The notes below the pieces were generated by a model that made no database searches, was not told the DNA's origin, and saw nothing but the letters and a program-made list of their open reading frames with translations. A stretch of DNA of 64,000 nt from Eledone cirrhosa (taxonomy: Eukaryota), in the NCBI GenBank assembly GCA_964016885.1, contig OZ024742.1, positions 174,096,001 through 174,160,000 of the forward strand, in the 5' to 3' direction. How positions within the stretch are numbered: position 1 is the stretch's first letter; the number at the start of each line of letters is the position of its first letter. Both the position numbers and the translations under genes were made by a program. Shown piece by piece: positions 11,731 to 25,300 of this stretch.

Positions 11731-13022
11731 ATATATATATATATATATAAGTATAAAAGATTATGTGCTCAGGCGCATAGATGCCATAAAATAGCTTATA
11801 AATTAAGGTGAAGACCCTTAAAAGACAGAAAACCAAGTTGCGATTCAATGTTTATTTACAGTCATATATATCTGAGATGAATTAACTGTTTTTTTCATCT
11901 TACTTAGTTGTTTCGTATTTTTTAGACTGTCTAAATTGAGATGATTATGGTAATACAGTCAGAGGCCAATATTGTGAAGAGACTTAGAGTAACGTGGCTG
12001 GCTGTTGTGTTATGAGGAATAGAGTTTGTGGTGAATGCTGTGAAGATAAATGGAATGAGATGGTTGGGTCATAGGTTGAGAGGAATAGAGCCAGTGGTGA
12101 ATGCTGTGAAGAGAAATAGAATGAGATGTTTTGGTCATGCAGAAAGATGAAAGTGACTGGGGGAGAGGAGGTATGGAAATGAATGTGGAAGGAAGTAAAT
12201 GACCAGAAAGCTACATAAACATGATGGAAGTAGAAATGAAAGCTGGGACGTTGGGTGCAGATAATAGGGAAACATGGAGAAAGCTTTCATGGCAACCACA
12301 AGACCAATTTCTGCATTAACAGGAAAAATGGCCTTAAAACACTCAGTTATTAGCCTTAAGGACAAGTCTCATTACCCATTTCAGGGCTTATGAGACTTGA
12401 GGGTAGGAAATTACCCTAAAAAAAGATAGCTGGTCTGAATGCTTCCAACAGAATGAAGTCTGCTAAATATTCCAAAGTTCTAGGTGATTTGTATTAAACT
12501 GGGTAATGAATTAAATTTACCATCCATGTAGGCCACAGCAGAATTTGAACCCAGAATGCAGAGTCAGAACAAATACTGTATTTCATGACAAGTGTAGGGT
12601 CTATGAGTGGTATATAATGTAGGGTAGATGAGACAGGAATTTACAGTATTGGGATAATGGTCTAGAGAGTGGTTTGTTTTGGGTCTAAGGGTGAGATATT
12701 ACCTAAGGGTGATGAGAAAAGGGTAGACGTGAAAGCTAGAGAGTAGTTACTGTGGGCTCTGAGGGGGAGATATTATGTAAGGGTGATGAGAAAGTAGTTC
12801 TCCCAATGGGGATGAAGGGCTAGACAATGGTTTGTGAGGAGTCTGAAAGTGAGATGTAATGTAGTAGTGGTGAGAAGGTTGGCATTCTGTAGAAAGAGGG
12901 TTACATAATGGTTAGTGAGGGGTCTGAGGGTGAGATATAATGTAGGAGGAGGTGAGAATAGGGTTGACACTGGACACTGTGGAACAAGGATTAGACATAG
13001 TTGTCCACAAAGGAGTGTGGGG

Positions 13023-13335
13023 TGCATGGATAAGTAATGAAAAGTGTGTTCCTGGGAGAAGGTGGTATGTAACTATTTAGTTAAATGGAAACCAAGCATT
13101 AGAATAGGTGCAGAGATAAGAGGCTGTATGTGTGAGTCAATAAGAACCAGTTTCCAAAGTTTACAAGGTATAGATACATCTAAGCAAGAAAGGAAAGGAA
13201 ATAAAAGAAAGAACATAAGTCCCTTCCTCCATCTCATTTTTTTATTGTATTGTATTTGAGTCAAAACACTTTGAGCACTATCTTCACCATATCTTTCCTC
13301 AGTCTTCTTCTGATACTATCTACTGACACATTTCC
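13023..13335. repeat. Dispersed repeat of about 310 bp, second copy at about 20684-21018
   Basis: gcatggataagtaatgaaaagtgtgttcc...cttcttctgatactatc recurs at high identity. Family not recognised. Confidence 0.85.
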
Positions 13336-14018
13336 CAGTCAGCTCATATCACTGTATCTCCCAGAACTCCTCATTAATTTTCATTACATGTCAATACCAG
13401 TGTAATCATTGTTCTTGCAGGTGATGACTTCATTTCCCACCCACACTATCATTTCACCTGCATTGCATTCATTAGTCTTCATTAAAGTTAATCTGTTTAG
13501 AAACCCTCTCTGGTTCATCAACTCAGCAGGTAATTTATAATTTCTATTATAATACTGTCTATAGTAGAAGACACTAATGCAAGTGGAATTGAACTCAAAA
13601 CACCTTGCTCACTAAGAAGACTCCTTAACCACATAGCCATATATATATATATATGACACTTGATGGCAATGAAAATGTAATAAACAAACATGAAGTTTTA
13701 ATAATTCAATAATATAATTCAAAAATTATATCTAAAATATCTTGGGAAATATGTAATAATTAGGAATATGATATATAATACTAGTCTAAAATGAAATTGC
13801 TTTGGAGACCAAACCAGTTGATCTTTACTAATTTGGCAGTGCTGAATTTGAAAATAATACTCATTTTTAAGATTAGGTTTTGTTTTCTAGGTATAGTTCA
13901 AAGCTGGCTCTTCCATTTTTCATGAAAATAAGAGAGAGGTGGTCAGAAATAATATATTTCAAATTACAAAATTTCTTCTTAAGAAATATTACGAAATCTG
14001 TGATGTCTAATTTGTATA

Positions 14019-14246
14019 TTAACCCTTTTATGACCATGTTTCTAATGAAATGCATGCTATTTCAATTAATTAATGAAGAAATTTACTAATATTATTAATG
14101 ATATCATTACTAAGATAGTAACAACATATGGTTCTAATATACAATTATGTTGAGAGATTTTAATTTAAATAGGAACACTTTAGAATAGATTGCTGTGTTT
14201 AATAGGACCAGAGTTGGTTTTCCCAGGCTAGTATCAAACGTGTTAA
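14019..14246. mobile_element. Possible TTAA-bounded (piggyBac-like) MITE; similar at 25830-25985
   Basis: ttaaccctttt...aaacgtgttaa and ttaacctcttttgttata...tgtgacaaaatggttaa are imperfect terminal inverted repeats. Confidence 0.35.
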
Positions 14247-14765
14247 TGAAGAATTTCGGGGGATACAATCATAAATCATTTTATTACTAAGATAATGATT
14301 TAACATATGGTTCTTGAATAAAATCATGTTTGAAGATTTGAATTTAAATAGAAACCCTTTAATTGATATACATTAGCATGACAGAGAAGCTAGGACACCC
14401 CTGTAATAAACCTAATACTTAGATATAGCTGGGTGCATTTGGCCATGCAAAAGACATCAGGATCATCAACAACAAGGATAGTGTCAGTGGAATGATGTCT
14501 AACCTAGTCAGATCAGGAAAGGCCAAGTCATACCTGTAATAAACCAAATACAACGTTTCGGACGCTAGTCCATCAGAAGAAAGAATTAGAAATAAGATAG
14601 ATTAGGGGGACGGGCAGTTTGTAATTTGAAAAAAATGTCTTTAGATAAAAATAAAAGGTCCATTCATGTTGATATCTCTTGGAAAATTGTTGGTGCTGGC
14701 GTTTTGAGTATGATTTAATTTTTTATAAAAGTGGATGATGGAGCGCATCTATCTGAAATATATAT

Positions 14766-14804
<39 letters not shown>

Positions 14805-14855
14805 GTCATCATTTAACGTCCATCCTCCACACTAGCATGGGTTATATATATATAA

Positions 14856-14935
14856 CCGTCTCCGTGGCTTAGTGGTAGGTATTAGAGACGGTGGAGATCG
14901 GGGTCAGGAGTTCGATATGTCAGGTTCTACACTAA
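14856..14935 (+). pseudogene. tRNA-like or SINE head remnant
   Basis: A-box-like tggcttagtgg and B-box-like ggagttcgata. No complete cloverleaf. Confidence 0.4.
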
Positions 14936-15022
14936 ATCACTAAATACGTATGTGTATATATATATATAGTGAAAGAATGAAGAGTAACATGGTTGGCTGT
15001 ACAACAAGGGGCTTTATTTCAG

Positions 15023-15133
15023 GTATTGACAATTGTTTCATAGATCAGGTGAGTCTAGAGGTCGCTAATCGCTCAAAGTTGTGTCACTCGAACTCCATTA
15101 CATTATTTACCTCTGACCAACTCATCAGAATAC
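15023..15133 (-). ncRNA. Type I hammerhead ribozyme motif, family H
   Basis: gtatt CTGATGA gttggtcag...ctgatctat GAAAC aatt GTC aatac. Confidence 0.8.
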
Positions 15134-15283
15134 AAAAACAATTTGCTTAAGGCAAGTTATATTTAGAGAAATAGAGTTTTTTTTTGTGCGATTGCTCTAT
15201 CTAGTATATACTTGCTAATTATGTTATTGTTTTGATTATACACTATTTCTCTATATATGACTTGCTTTGAGCGAATTGTTTTT

Positions 15284-15394
15284 GTATTCTGATGAGTTGG
15301 TCAGAGGTAAATAATGTAATGGAGATCGAGTGACGCAACTTTGAGCGATTAGCGGCCCCTAGACTCACCTGATCAATGAAACAATTGTCAATAC
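15284..15394 (+). ncRNA. Type I hammerhead ribozyme motif, family H (long stem II)
   Basis: gtatt CTGATGA gttggtcag...ctgatcaat GAAAC aatt GTC aatac. 9-bp stem II base, palindromic ACAATTGT stem III, GUC site. Confidence 0.85.
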
Positions 15395-15846
15395 CTGAAA
15401 TAAAGCCCCTTGTGTACAGTCAACCATGTTACTCTTCTTTATTTCACTATTATTACTACAAAGTATAACCTACATAGGAATTACCACGAACTCGTTGCCT
15501 AATTATGGTAACATCTTGTTGAGTTAAACAAAGCCATACATTAAAACTATCCACGACGCAAAGTACTCACAACCTCTAACTGGATTACCTATAACGATAA
15601 CTTGTTACCCCATATATATATATATATATATATTAGAAAGTGAGGTTTTTTTTTTACAAAATGAAAAATAACCGAGGTGTCCTACACGAGTGAAAGTATA
15701 AAGAAAAAGAGATGAAATCGAAAATGCAACTGAAGTCTTATTTTTTTTAAAAATATATATATTTATTTGGTTCCTTTACCGGTTTCGCAGTTCTTCTGCT
15801 TTTCAAAAGGTGAGTTGAGATGGAGGGTCTGTGGTTTTTCTCACAT

Positions 15847-15890
<44 letters not shown>

Positions 15891-17113
15891 ATATATATAT
15901 ATATCAGATTCTTCATCATTATCATCATTTAACGTCAGAAATGGATGGATTCGTCTTCACAGCCTGAGCCAATACTGAAGTGGAGCTACTGACCTTTCTG
16001 ACTGACCCGGAGTTCACATCTCTCTTACATACATTTTCACAGTCTGTGATGATCATTTTATCAAGGTACCAGCACTAACGTGGTTGTCTTATCTTTAACA
16101 TAAATTCCCAAACTATTGTAGGAAAGCTTACTACGACTGGATGGTCTTCCTATCACCATCTACTTTACAGTGTTTACTGAGTGTATTAATCATGTTAACG
16201 TTTCATGAGCAGGGGAAATTGCATGTTTATCAAAAAGATATACCTTATTTTGCATATTAAATGATCCACAAAAACTAAATCTCTCTGAGAATTAAGTAAC
16301 AGATACATAAGTTTGTTGAATGTTCAGCCACATACATATTAATTTCATGAGCAGCCTGTTCCATTGAACAATTAGAACACTCATCATCAAAACCAACACA
16401 GGTCCATTCCAGACCTCTAATTTCCAGTCTGAGAGATCTTAAATATATTGGGGGCACTACCTCCTCACCTTTGGTTAGCAAATGATAAAAATAAAATAAG
16501 TTGAAAATTTATTGCAATTTCTTCAATAAACTTCCTTTGACACTATTGTTATGATTGATTGTTCAGCTCTTTTAATATTTGTAGTTTTGTCTATCCAAGA
16601 GAAATTGAGATTGAGAAACAATTACATCACATTTGTTTGTTCTGAACACAGGCTAGCATTGTATTAAAGTTACAATGTTCTTCCTCTATTAGTTTCAAGT
16701 TGATTTATTGAACACACTCTAGCTGTAAAACTCTTACAAAAAGCCATATAGATTTCTGCTGACAGCTTTCAAATGTGGCAATCATTGAAAAATGTGATGA
16801 ATATTCTGGAAGCCAGCTTTTACTAATTAGTGAAGCTAAGTAGCCTTGCAATTACCCTCATTAATACACTAACTATGTGACTTATTAAAGCAAGTGAGAT
16901 AATATGTCAAATGATGAGAAACACTTACAATAACTGTTGAAATTCTCTTGTGGGTGACACAGAATGCATTAATTTTGATTACTAAACAAGATGCCCTCGA
17001 TATTTTAGTTTTGATTTCTCTTCAACAACTTCATGATTTATCGAGATGAAATTTATTTTCTGTTCAATCAACTGTGAATATGTCACTGTTTCTTGTTTTG
17101 CTATTTCTCAAAA

Positions 17114-17171
<58 letters not shown>

Positions 17172-17226
17172 ATATATTATGCATGTGTGTATATATATGC
17201 ATGTATGTATGTGTCTGTAACTATAT

Positions 17227-17272
<46 letters not shown>

Positions 17273-18026
17273 GTATTAATGATTTATGTGGACATTTTGG
17301 GACAAAGATGTAGTTGTTGGAAATTGAAAATATGTTCTATTTAATATAGTGTAGCTTATATATTGTGGATGTCGGCATTACTAAGGTGTTAATAAGTTTG
17401 CTTCACAATCATTAGGTCCCATTTCTGATCCCACTACTGACATCTTGGGAATGTATCTTTATCATAGGCTCATGTTAACTCAGGCCTTGCCATTGAAGTT
17501 AACTAGATAGAAACTGTACAGAACTCTGTCAAATGAATTATACCAGCAATTCTAAGGTCCAAGTTTTTCACATATTGTGCCATGTTGATTTGGCTTGAGA
17601 ATTGTTAGGGATACACATGTCTGCCGAATACCAACATGTTAATTCTTTAAATCTTGTACCACATGAAACTGCATTAGGGAGACTTCATGAAAAGAACAAA
17701 ATAGAATTATGTCTGTAGCACAATAGCAATTAAAGTTTTTACTCTAATACTATAACGTTGAAAGAGATAGAAGACTAAACACTGGTATAATTCATTAATA
17801 CTATAAGTTTTCACAGTGGTAATGTAAACATTTATAATAAAAGATATAATCATTTGAATAAACAAACCAGTTTTCTGACATAGTTTGCTGAATTATTACA
17901 TGTTAAGATTCAATTTACATGTCAAATATTTGAATAATAAAATTACTGAAAACTTATCATTGAAGAAGATAGAATATCCATCAATTTTATATTTTATATG
18001 TTGCGGCTGTTTAGATTTAATAGATA

Positions 18027-18878
18027 CTAGGAGAATGGCCCGGCTTTGCTCAGGATTCTAAACATAGGGTGGCATGTTTATCCCTCCTTTCTGAAACAGT
18101 TTCGTCGTATGTTCACCAATTGATGCAGAAGTCCTAATAAAAAGTGAAGTCGCCTTGGGTGAATAGGCAAATAATTTTCCATTAACACTTTTCAAAAGCA
18201 TGTAATTGCGTTCCCTCTTTTTTTGGGTGTTGTTTTTGCTGCTGTTTTTGCTGGTGTGATAGCAGCCATTGGTCATACTACTAACAGAGTCTCGTCCTTC
18301 TTCAGCCAATCGTGTATATCCCCTTCTGCAACACCAGCAATGAGAACAATATTTGCTCTAGGGTTCTTATATATTTGATATATATTTATCCTTATCGAGC
18401 CTCGTGAAATAAATACGTTTGTTTATATTTTGTTATTGTGTATGCAATATCTGTACACGAATATATAATTATATATATATATATATCTTAAAATAACAGA
18501 TTAAAGTTTAAGCAAAGAATCGCTGCTTTCACCCTTAACGGGATCTTCTGAAACTAAAAAAATCAATCTGTGAACGCAGAAGTAAATATTTTGAAAAACA
18601 TTACACACTATATATACCTATATACACACACACAAAAATAGTGTCATAATGTCGTAATGCAGACAGCCAGGCACACAGACAGATATTATAAGAGCGCGAC
18701 GTTATAGCTATCTAATGCGGTCCCTAGAACATTGAAAATTTCATATATTTTTTGCTCAAAAACACTCACACGACCATAAGTATTACATGTGTAAAGTTTG
18801 AAAAAAGTTGGTTGGGTGGTTCTCGAGTTTTAGGGAGTCAGACAGACAGACAGACATTCTCTGTTTTAGATATATAGA
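18027..18878 (-). mobile_element. Non-autonomous Helitron-like element
   Basis: Minus strand begins TCtatatat, carries (ctgt)n near the 5' end, and ends with hairpin cctgagcaaagccggg then CTAG. Inserted between A and T. Confidence 0.65.
18505..18555 (-). ncRNA. Hammerhead-like motif with CAGAAGA core, family F
   Basis: agttt CAGAAGA tccc-gttaa-gggt GAAA gca-gcgattctt-tgc TT aaact. Confidence 0.55.
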
Positions 18879-19009
18879 TATGCTCAGATATCATTTTCTG
18901 CACTTTTAATATTGATTTCTTCATCTTTTTAGCAGAGAATTAATATATGATTTCATTAGCAGAATCAAATATTAATTCATGATATTATGTTTAAATAGTA
19001 TAAAGCCAT

Positions 19010-19360
19010 TATTTCAATTAAGAGGGTTAGTACTGATTCATACACATGGAGGTAATCTATCGTCTCCAGTGCCAAGTGTTCCAGTTGATTCATTCAATCA
19101 AGCGAATTGCCTGCTTATAGAATTAATGCGAGAGTGGCTGAACATTCCATATACACATGTAACATTAACATAGTTTTCAGTGAGATTCAACATAACACAG
19201 TCTATGAAAAGGCTCGCCCCTTGTATTACAGATACAACTCATTCTTGCCAACTGAGTAGAATGGAGCAATGTAAAATAAAGTGTCTTGCTCAAGGACACA
19301 ACACACCACCTAGTGTGAGAATCAAAATCATGAATTTATGATCCTGAGTCAAACACCTTC
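19010..19360 (-). mobile_element. Old CORE-type SINE
   Basis: Contains the reverse complement of tgtgtccttgagcaagacactttattttacattgctcc, shared with the SINEs at 27975 and 45337. Confidence 0.55.
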
Positions 19361-19499
19361 AAATTCATATTACATAATACCATAAACAGGTTACTACATT
19401 AAAACAGCCAGACGTATATGAACATGATAATGCTTTCGATAACAATCTGATGAAAACAGCTCCAAATCTGTGAAAGAATACCACCTAATTCAAAGGGTC

Positions 19500-20620
19500 T
19501 TCTTCACCCAATTATTCCTGAAAGAGTCGTGGGGGCAGTGATTCCTATCAGAAGTAACTATCTCCAACTGATGTGGCTGGATGCCCAAGTGAAACCAGCC
19601 AAGATCATGGATGTTATCCAACCACATTGCTTGGGTCTACCCCTGAGACATTCTAACACTATGTTCATAGTATCAGAGCTGTGATGTATCAATTGTGAGA
19701 AGTAGCAGCTCAACCTGGAGTGTTTCTGATCTCCACGCTGCACACTTTTGGTAACATTACTCCAAAGACCCTTCGGAGGTACTCCATTTTGGCTGCTTGT
19801 ATTTGCCATCATATTCTTTCAGTCATTACCCAAGATTCATGACCATGAATACCAAAGATTTACCCAAGATTCATGCTATGAATACCAAATTGAAGAATGA
19901 GTTTGGTTTTTACACCTACCTCTCTGCTTTTGAGGGATGATACTACTTCCAACCAAGCTGCACATGTCAATACTGTTCATGAAATTAATGAACAGGTGAG
20001 GTGATAGTATGCATCCTTGGTGGCGTCTGACTCCAACACTGAATGGTTTTGATTTAGCACCATTTATCCGAACACAAATACTTGGGCATTCATATAGCGA
20101 CATCAAAGGATCAAGATGCTGACCATCAATCGCATATTCCTGCAGAACCTTCCACAACAGGCCCTGAGAAATGAGCTCATAGGCCTTTTTGATGTCTACA
20201 AAAGAAAAGTATACCTCTGAGCACTACTCATATGATTTCTCAAAGACCTGCAACAGTCTGAATATTTAATCGGCTGTGCTGTGTTCTGGGTGAAAACTGC
20301 ACTGTTCATCAGGTAGATCTGATTGAGCAATCTCTCAGCATCTCTTTGCCAGACACTTGAAAATTGGGATTATTGCTCCTGATTGCTTTTGCTTAGGTGT
20401 CTTTCCAGAGATTCAGGCCACCCAGCACACATGAATCAGCCAGCGAATGCATTCTCTATTTAAAGCATTTAAGATCTCTGGCCAGATTTCATCTTCTCCA
20501 GCGACCTTCTCACATTTGAGTTCTTTAACTGCTCTTGTGACCTCAGCCTCTGAGAGATTAGTCACGAACCCTCTGCTTTGGTGATTCATCTGAACATAGA
20601 TCAATGACTCTTTCAACTGA
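19500..20620 (-). pseudogene. Decayed RTE-clade LINE RT fragment (a different subfamily from 50189)
   Basis: EVTRAVKELKCEKVAGEDEIWPEIL; SKPFSVGVRRHQGCILSPHLF; RGRPK. Many stops and frameshifts. Confidence 0.8.
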
Positions 20621-21130
20621 TCTGTTCAGGTTAGATATCACTACACTCACACTATCCATGGTGTTACTGTTGCTGTGTGGGGAGCATGGATAAGTAATGA
20701 AAAGTGTGTTCCCGGGAGAAGGTAGTATGTAACTATTTAGTTAAATGGAAACCAAACTATTGTAATAACATTAGAATAGGTGCAGAGATATGAGGCTGTA
20801 TGTGTGAGTCAATAGGAACCAGTTTCCAAAGTTTACAAGGAATAGATACATCTAAGCAAGAAAGGAAAGGAAATAAAAGAAAGAATATAAGTCCCTTCCC
20901 CCGTCTCATTTTTTTTATTGTATTGTGTTTGAGTCAAAACACGTTGAGCACTATCTTCACATATCTTCACCACTTCTTTCCTCAGTCTTCTTCTGATACT
21001 ATCCACTGACTCATTTCCCTTTCTGCTATTTCAAGCGTTAACCTAATATATTCCTTCCATATACTGTACCAACTGTGTCCTTATTTCTGTTTACCTTTTA
21101 CACACACACACAGACACATATATATATATA

Positions 21131-21480
21131 TTAATTAAATATACTTAAGATGGAGTTACTTCACCATAATTGCTTTATTGCATGATATATATTTCTGTTA
21201 CATGGTTATGCATGCGACTTCATCAGATGCTCATAAAATCATAGGTGCAGTGATGCAATCATGGGATATGTCGCTGGTCATGTATTACCAGCCAGTTGTG
21301 ATACCAGCAGACATATAAGTCTCTGAATCTCTTTTCTTACTAAATTCAAGTAGTAGATGTATGCACCTATGATTGTATGAGCATTTAATGAAGTCACATG
21401 CATAACCACGTAACAGAAATATATATCATGCAATAAAGCAATTATGCTGAATGAACTCCGTCTAATTTACATTTAATTAA
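21131..21480. repeat. Inverted repeat of about 120 bp (21131-21249 and 21362-21480) carrying hammerheads
   Basis: Arms are reverse complements with several substitutions. Confidence 0.8.
21180..21230 (-). ncRNA. Type I hammerhead motif, family G; the mirror copy at 21381-21431 has a mutated core (TTAATGA)
   Basis: gcat CTGATGA agtcgcatgcataaccatgtaaca GAAA tatata TC atgc, followed directly by AATAAA. Confidence 0.7.
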
Positions 21481-21715
21481 TAAATGAATACTCTGTCACT
21501 CCTAATCACCACCATTTAGCTAGGATAACATACTGATATGAAGTGCTTTTGGATTGTTTGAACTGGTTTATCCTCATGAAGTTGCAGCATAACAACCATG
21601 TGTAAGCACCTTATCTTCTGCAATATATATATAATCCAATTGCTAGATGATAAAGGAAAAATACAATTGGAGAGTTGCTGTTCTGAAGGAGATTCATCTA
21701 AGCCAGGTAAGAATG

Positions 21716-21923
21716 ATTTCTTCACAAGGCCAGCAATTTTTGGGGAGGGGAAAGTCGATTAAATTGACCCCAGTGCGTGACTGGTACTTTATTTTATCGA
21801 CACCGTATGGATGAAAGGCAAAGTTAACATCGGCAAGATTTGAACTCAGATCATAAGGGGCCGTAACTTTATGATGCAAAGCATGTTGTCCGACGCTCTA
21901 CCGATACTGCCAATCCACCGCCC
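21716..21923 (-). mobile_element. Meta-type SINE with 19-bp target-site duplication (TSD)
   Basis: Same family as 2572-3282. TSD tctaagccaggtaagaatg flanks both sides (about 21698-21715 and 21924-21942). Confidence 0.88.
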
Positions 21924-23941
21924 TCTAAGCCAGGTAAGAATGGAAAAATGGATATAAAAACGATGCTGATAATATGATGCTGATGATGATGTTGATAACA
22001 ATAAAGATCAAACCTAGTAAACATAATCGTCTGGAAGAATTTCTATGAAAGTGTCCCTACATAGACCGACAATAATAGCTACTATTATAACAACTGCCAA
22101 CCTAACATACTTAATATATAATACTTGATCATATTTTATTATTTGGAAGTTTGATGTTTGAGAATTATTGGTGGAAACTACCAAAGAATATAATGACTTT
22201 TTCAACTGTACTGAGTTATAATGCCTCGAGAACAGAAAGATAATAAAATTAATTCTAGCGAAACCTCCAATTTCCTGCTAAATTTCAGTGAAACAAAGAA
22301 AAGCACAATACGATCTGATTATTCTGAAAATATTTTCCAATTTGCTCTGAGACAAAAAGAAATCGTAAACATATTAATGCTGTGTGAAATATAATTTCTC
22401 TAAGCTGAAACATGCAGCCAATAATCTCAGTATAGAAATATATAGACATGGGATGACTTGCAAGAAAAATCTAAATACATTAACTGTAGCTGCTTGACTT
22501 TGTATTTGAAACCTTGGTAACATGTAATAGGTATTTCAATCCAGTTAAGTACAATAATATAGTGATTTATTGGGCAAAATGCATGAAGTTTTTAGTTTTA
22601 TAGAAAAAACAAGCACCATTCTAAAATTTGGTATGTGTAATGTTACACACTATAAAGTGATTCATGCTAGAAAGGGCATCAATTCATAGTTTTGTTGCCA
22701 AAAAAAGTGTTCAGAGAACTTTAGTTGTGTCAAAGACATGACAACCTCCCCAGTACTATAATCACAATAACATGCATCCAGTATACTCTGTAAGGTGATT
22801 TGTGATAGGAAGGGCATCGACCCATAGTTTTCTCGCCAAAATGTTCAGGGGTTTTAGTATTTTTCTATCATGACTAGTGCAAGTGGCACAATATAATGCA
22901 CCCAGTAGGCAACATTTTAAGGATTTTTTTTAGAATGTTTTATGGCTGGATGTACTCCCATGCAACAACTCTTTTAGTCACCTCTTCCAGCAAGCAGGAA
23001 TATGGTGTACTTTTTCTACAACCATGCAAACATAGAAGAATGATGATGATGATGAGGAGGAGGAGGGGGGAGGCACATACATGAAAAATGGTTGACTCAA
23101 TGTTAACTTGGAGCGCCATTGGTACTCCTTCCTCCCCGCCTTTAGAGATGCTGAATTTCCCCCATCATAAACCTAGAAGATAAAGGAGACACACCTGCAT
23201 AGCAAGACAATACACCACCTTTCAGGCATAAACAGCATTTTAACTTAATACACAGCACCATCGGCTACACACACACACATTTGATCATTAATTCATATTG
23301 TCTGATGAATGCAGTTTCAACATCACCACAATCATTCCTGCATGTCTACTCTCTTGTAGGTGTATGAAGGTGACCTTTCAATACAGTAACAAAAAGTAAG
23401 ACCAAGATCTGATCCCAGGCACTGGCAATGCACCAACATAAGACACATCAGTACAGGTGTCTGGGGAACCATGTATGCTCCTGCTTATATTGCATCTCAC
23501 AAGGTGACACAATTATGGAATTCACAGTATTTCATTGGGAAAAATGTGTGTGACACCACAATAACAGCAGCAATCAGCCTAATTTTTATATAGTGCCAAG
23601 AATTTTGAGTCCAGGCTTGCAGTGGTTGGAGATACAGAAAGCTGAATAAGAAGATTTCTAAAGGGACATCTATACATAAAGGATTACAGTGACAAATACA
23701 TTGACTAACTCAGGGATAATGGTTAAAAATACTTCCTCAAAGTGTAGAGAAGAGGGATTGAACCTCAAACCTACATAACAATAAAGCAAGCTTCTTAACC
23801 ACACCCCCAAGCTTGTGCCACACATGTTACTACTACCTAATAAGAAAGCTGCCTTCAGACTTAGTTGCTGAGACTTTTGACACCAAACTGCCAGAAACTG
23901 CCCCTTATATATGATTCCAAACTCTTCATTTTGTAGAGTTT

Positions 23942-23988
<47 letters not shown>

Positions 23989-24500
23989 TATTTAACATCC
24001 ATTTTTGGGGTAATTGCTGGCCTTGTGCCTAAAGTAGAAACAATTATTTAACATCCATTTTTCAATGCTTCCAGGGGTTAGATGGGTTGTTACACTATGA
24101 AACAACTAAGACCAAGTGACCACATCTTGCTCAAAGAGATCTGTATTTTACCTTGATTTCTATGGTTGGAGGCCCTTCCACGGTACAGGGTGGATTGGTA
24201 CTGTTTCTCGTGGTACCAAAATGACCATTTAACAGAATGGTCTGGGTGATTTTTGTCATTTCATCATCATGATCACTTTACAGGGTGGAATGGGTACTTT
24301 GCTTTTGTCCAGTGACCAGCAAAACCACCTTACAGGGTGAACAGGGTGCTTTTTATTTTCCTCGTTTCATCAACACAACCACCTTACAGGGTAATGGGTT
24401 GCTTCTTGTCAACAGCATAACCACTTTACAGGGTGGCCTGGCTGCTTTTGTTGTTGTGGCACCAGATAACCACACATGGTGGACATAGTGCTTTTTTTTC
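23942..24500 (-). mobile_element. Decayed RTE-tail element with (CAT)n, internal repeats of about 55 bp and a nested SINE 3' tip
   Basis: (CAT)n at 23942-23987; repeated accactttacagggtgg; SINE tail at 24007-24043 flanked by duplicated attatttaacatccattttt. Confidence 0.55.
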
Positions 24501-24689
24501 CCAGCAGCAGCATTGTGTGAGATCAGATGTGGAACATATCCAGATTATCACATTTGCTGGATATCCAGATTATCATGTGCTGAACAAGAGGTGTATCAAG
24601 ACTGAGGAAAGTGAGCGTGGGGGGGGGGGATATGCTAGTTGGACATGAACGAGGTGAGAGGCTATTAAGACTTGGTAGGGAGAAGATTA

Positions 24690-25300
24690 GTATAAACTAT
24701 TATGCTGTACTGCAGGAGATATGCCTTCACATGTGCAGAGGATTAAACAAACATGTAGAGGCCAATAGTTTCTTAGGCCTTTCTTAGGCTTTCCTCTTTC
24801 ATAGTTTCCATCAGCATTGAACACCTTGCACCTTTTTATACATCTGATGTCCACAATATACATCACATTGCCATACCCCTGAAATCTGTCTTGCACAAGT
24901 TTATTGATGATTTGCTGTTCCTAAACACTACTATTACACATCTATCAAATCATGCAATCTTTCTTTCCAACCTTCAAGTGTCCGCTGCACTCAGTCACCA
25001 GGTCTCACTTCCATACTCCATTGCTATTCATACACACACATTTCATTTTTAGGGAAAACATTTTGTAGCTAGGAGCAATAGTGGTTCTCTGAAATTTTCC
25101 ATCCCATTCTCACTTTAGCCACTGTACTTTCAGAACACCCACATCTACTTCTAATTTGTTCACCCAGGTACAGAAGCTATTTAATTACCTCTACAGAACC
25201 CTCTGAGAATTTAACAGAGTGTGTTTCCTGTGAGCTCTTGCTTCTTACTGCTTCTGTTCATTGGCCACATATTAAACTTATGCTCTTTGTTAGCCTGTCT
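24690..25300 (-). pseudogene. Decayed RTE C-terminal fragment
   Basis: Reverse complement resembles 52560-53100 (GCSESTVA, GSETW, YGNVM, RGKPKK). Confidence 0.65.

Larger units (their letters stand above)
14968..15612 (+). mobile_element. Non-coding PLE-like unit (family H) with an inverted 5' copy (14968-15175 vs 15243-15449)
   Basis: Inverted repeat of about 205 bp, a hammerhead in each arm, AATAAA just after the ribozyme, (TA)n at both ends. Confidence 0.75.

Noticed and set aside
14530-14582. Minus-strand ctgatg-gactagcgtcc-gaaac-gtt-gta hammerhead-like string
   Set aside because: Core is incomplete and stem I does not pair; at most a decayed remnant.
19441-19495. ctgatga...ctgtgaaa near an RTE 3' end
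   Set aside because: No UH site with closing stems I and III.
23296-23332. attgt-ctgatga...acaat
   Set aside because: GAAA and stem III are absent.
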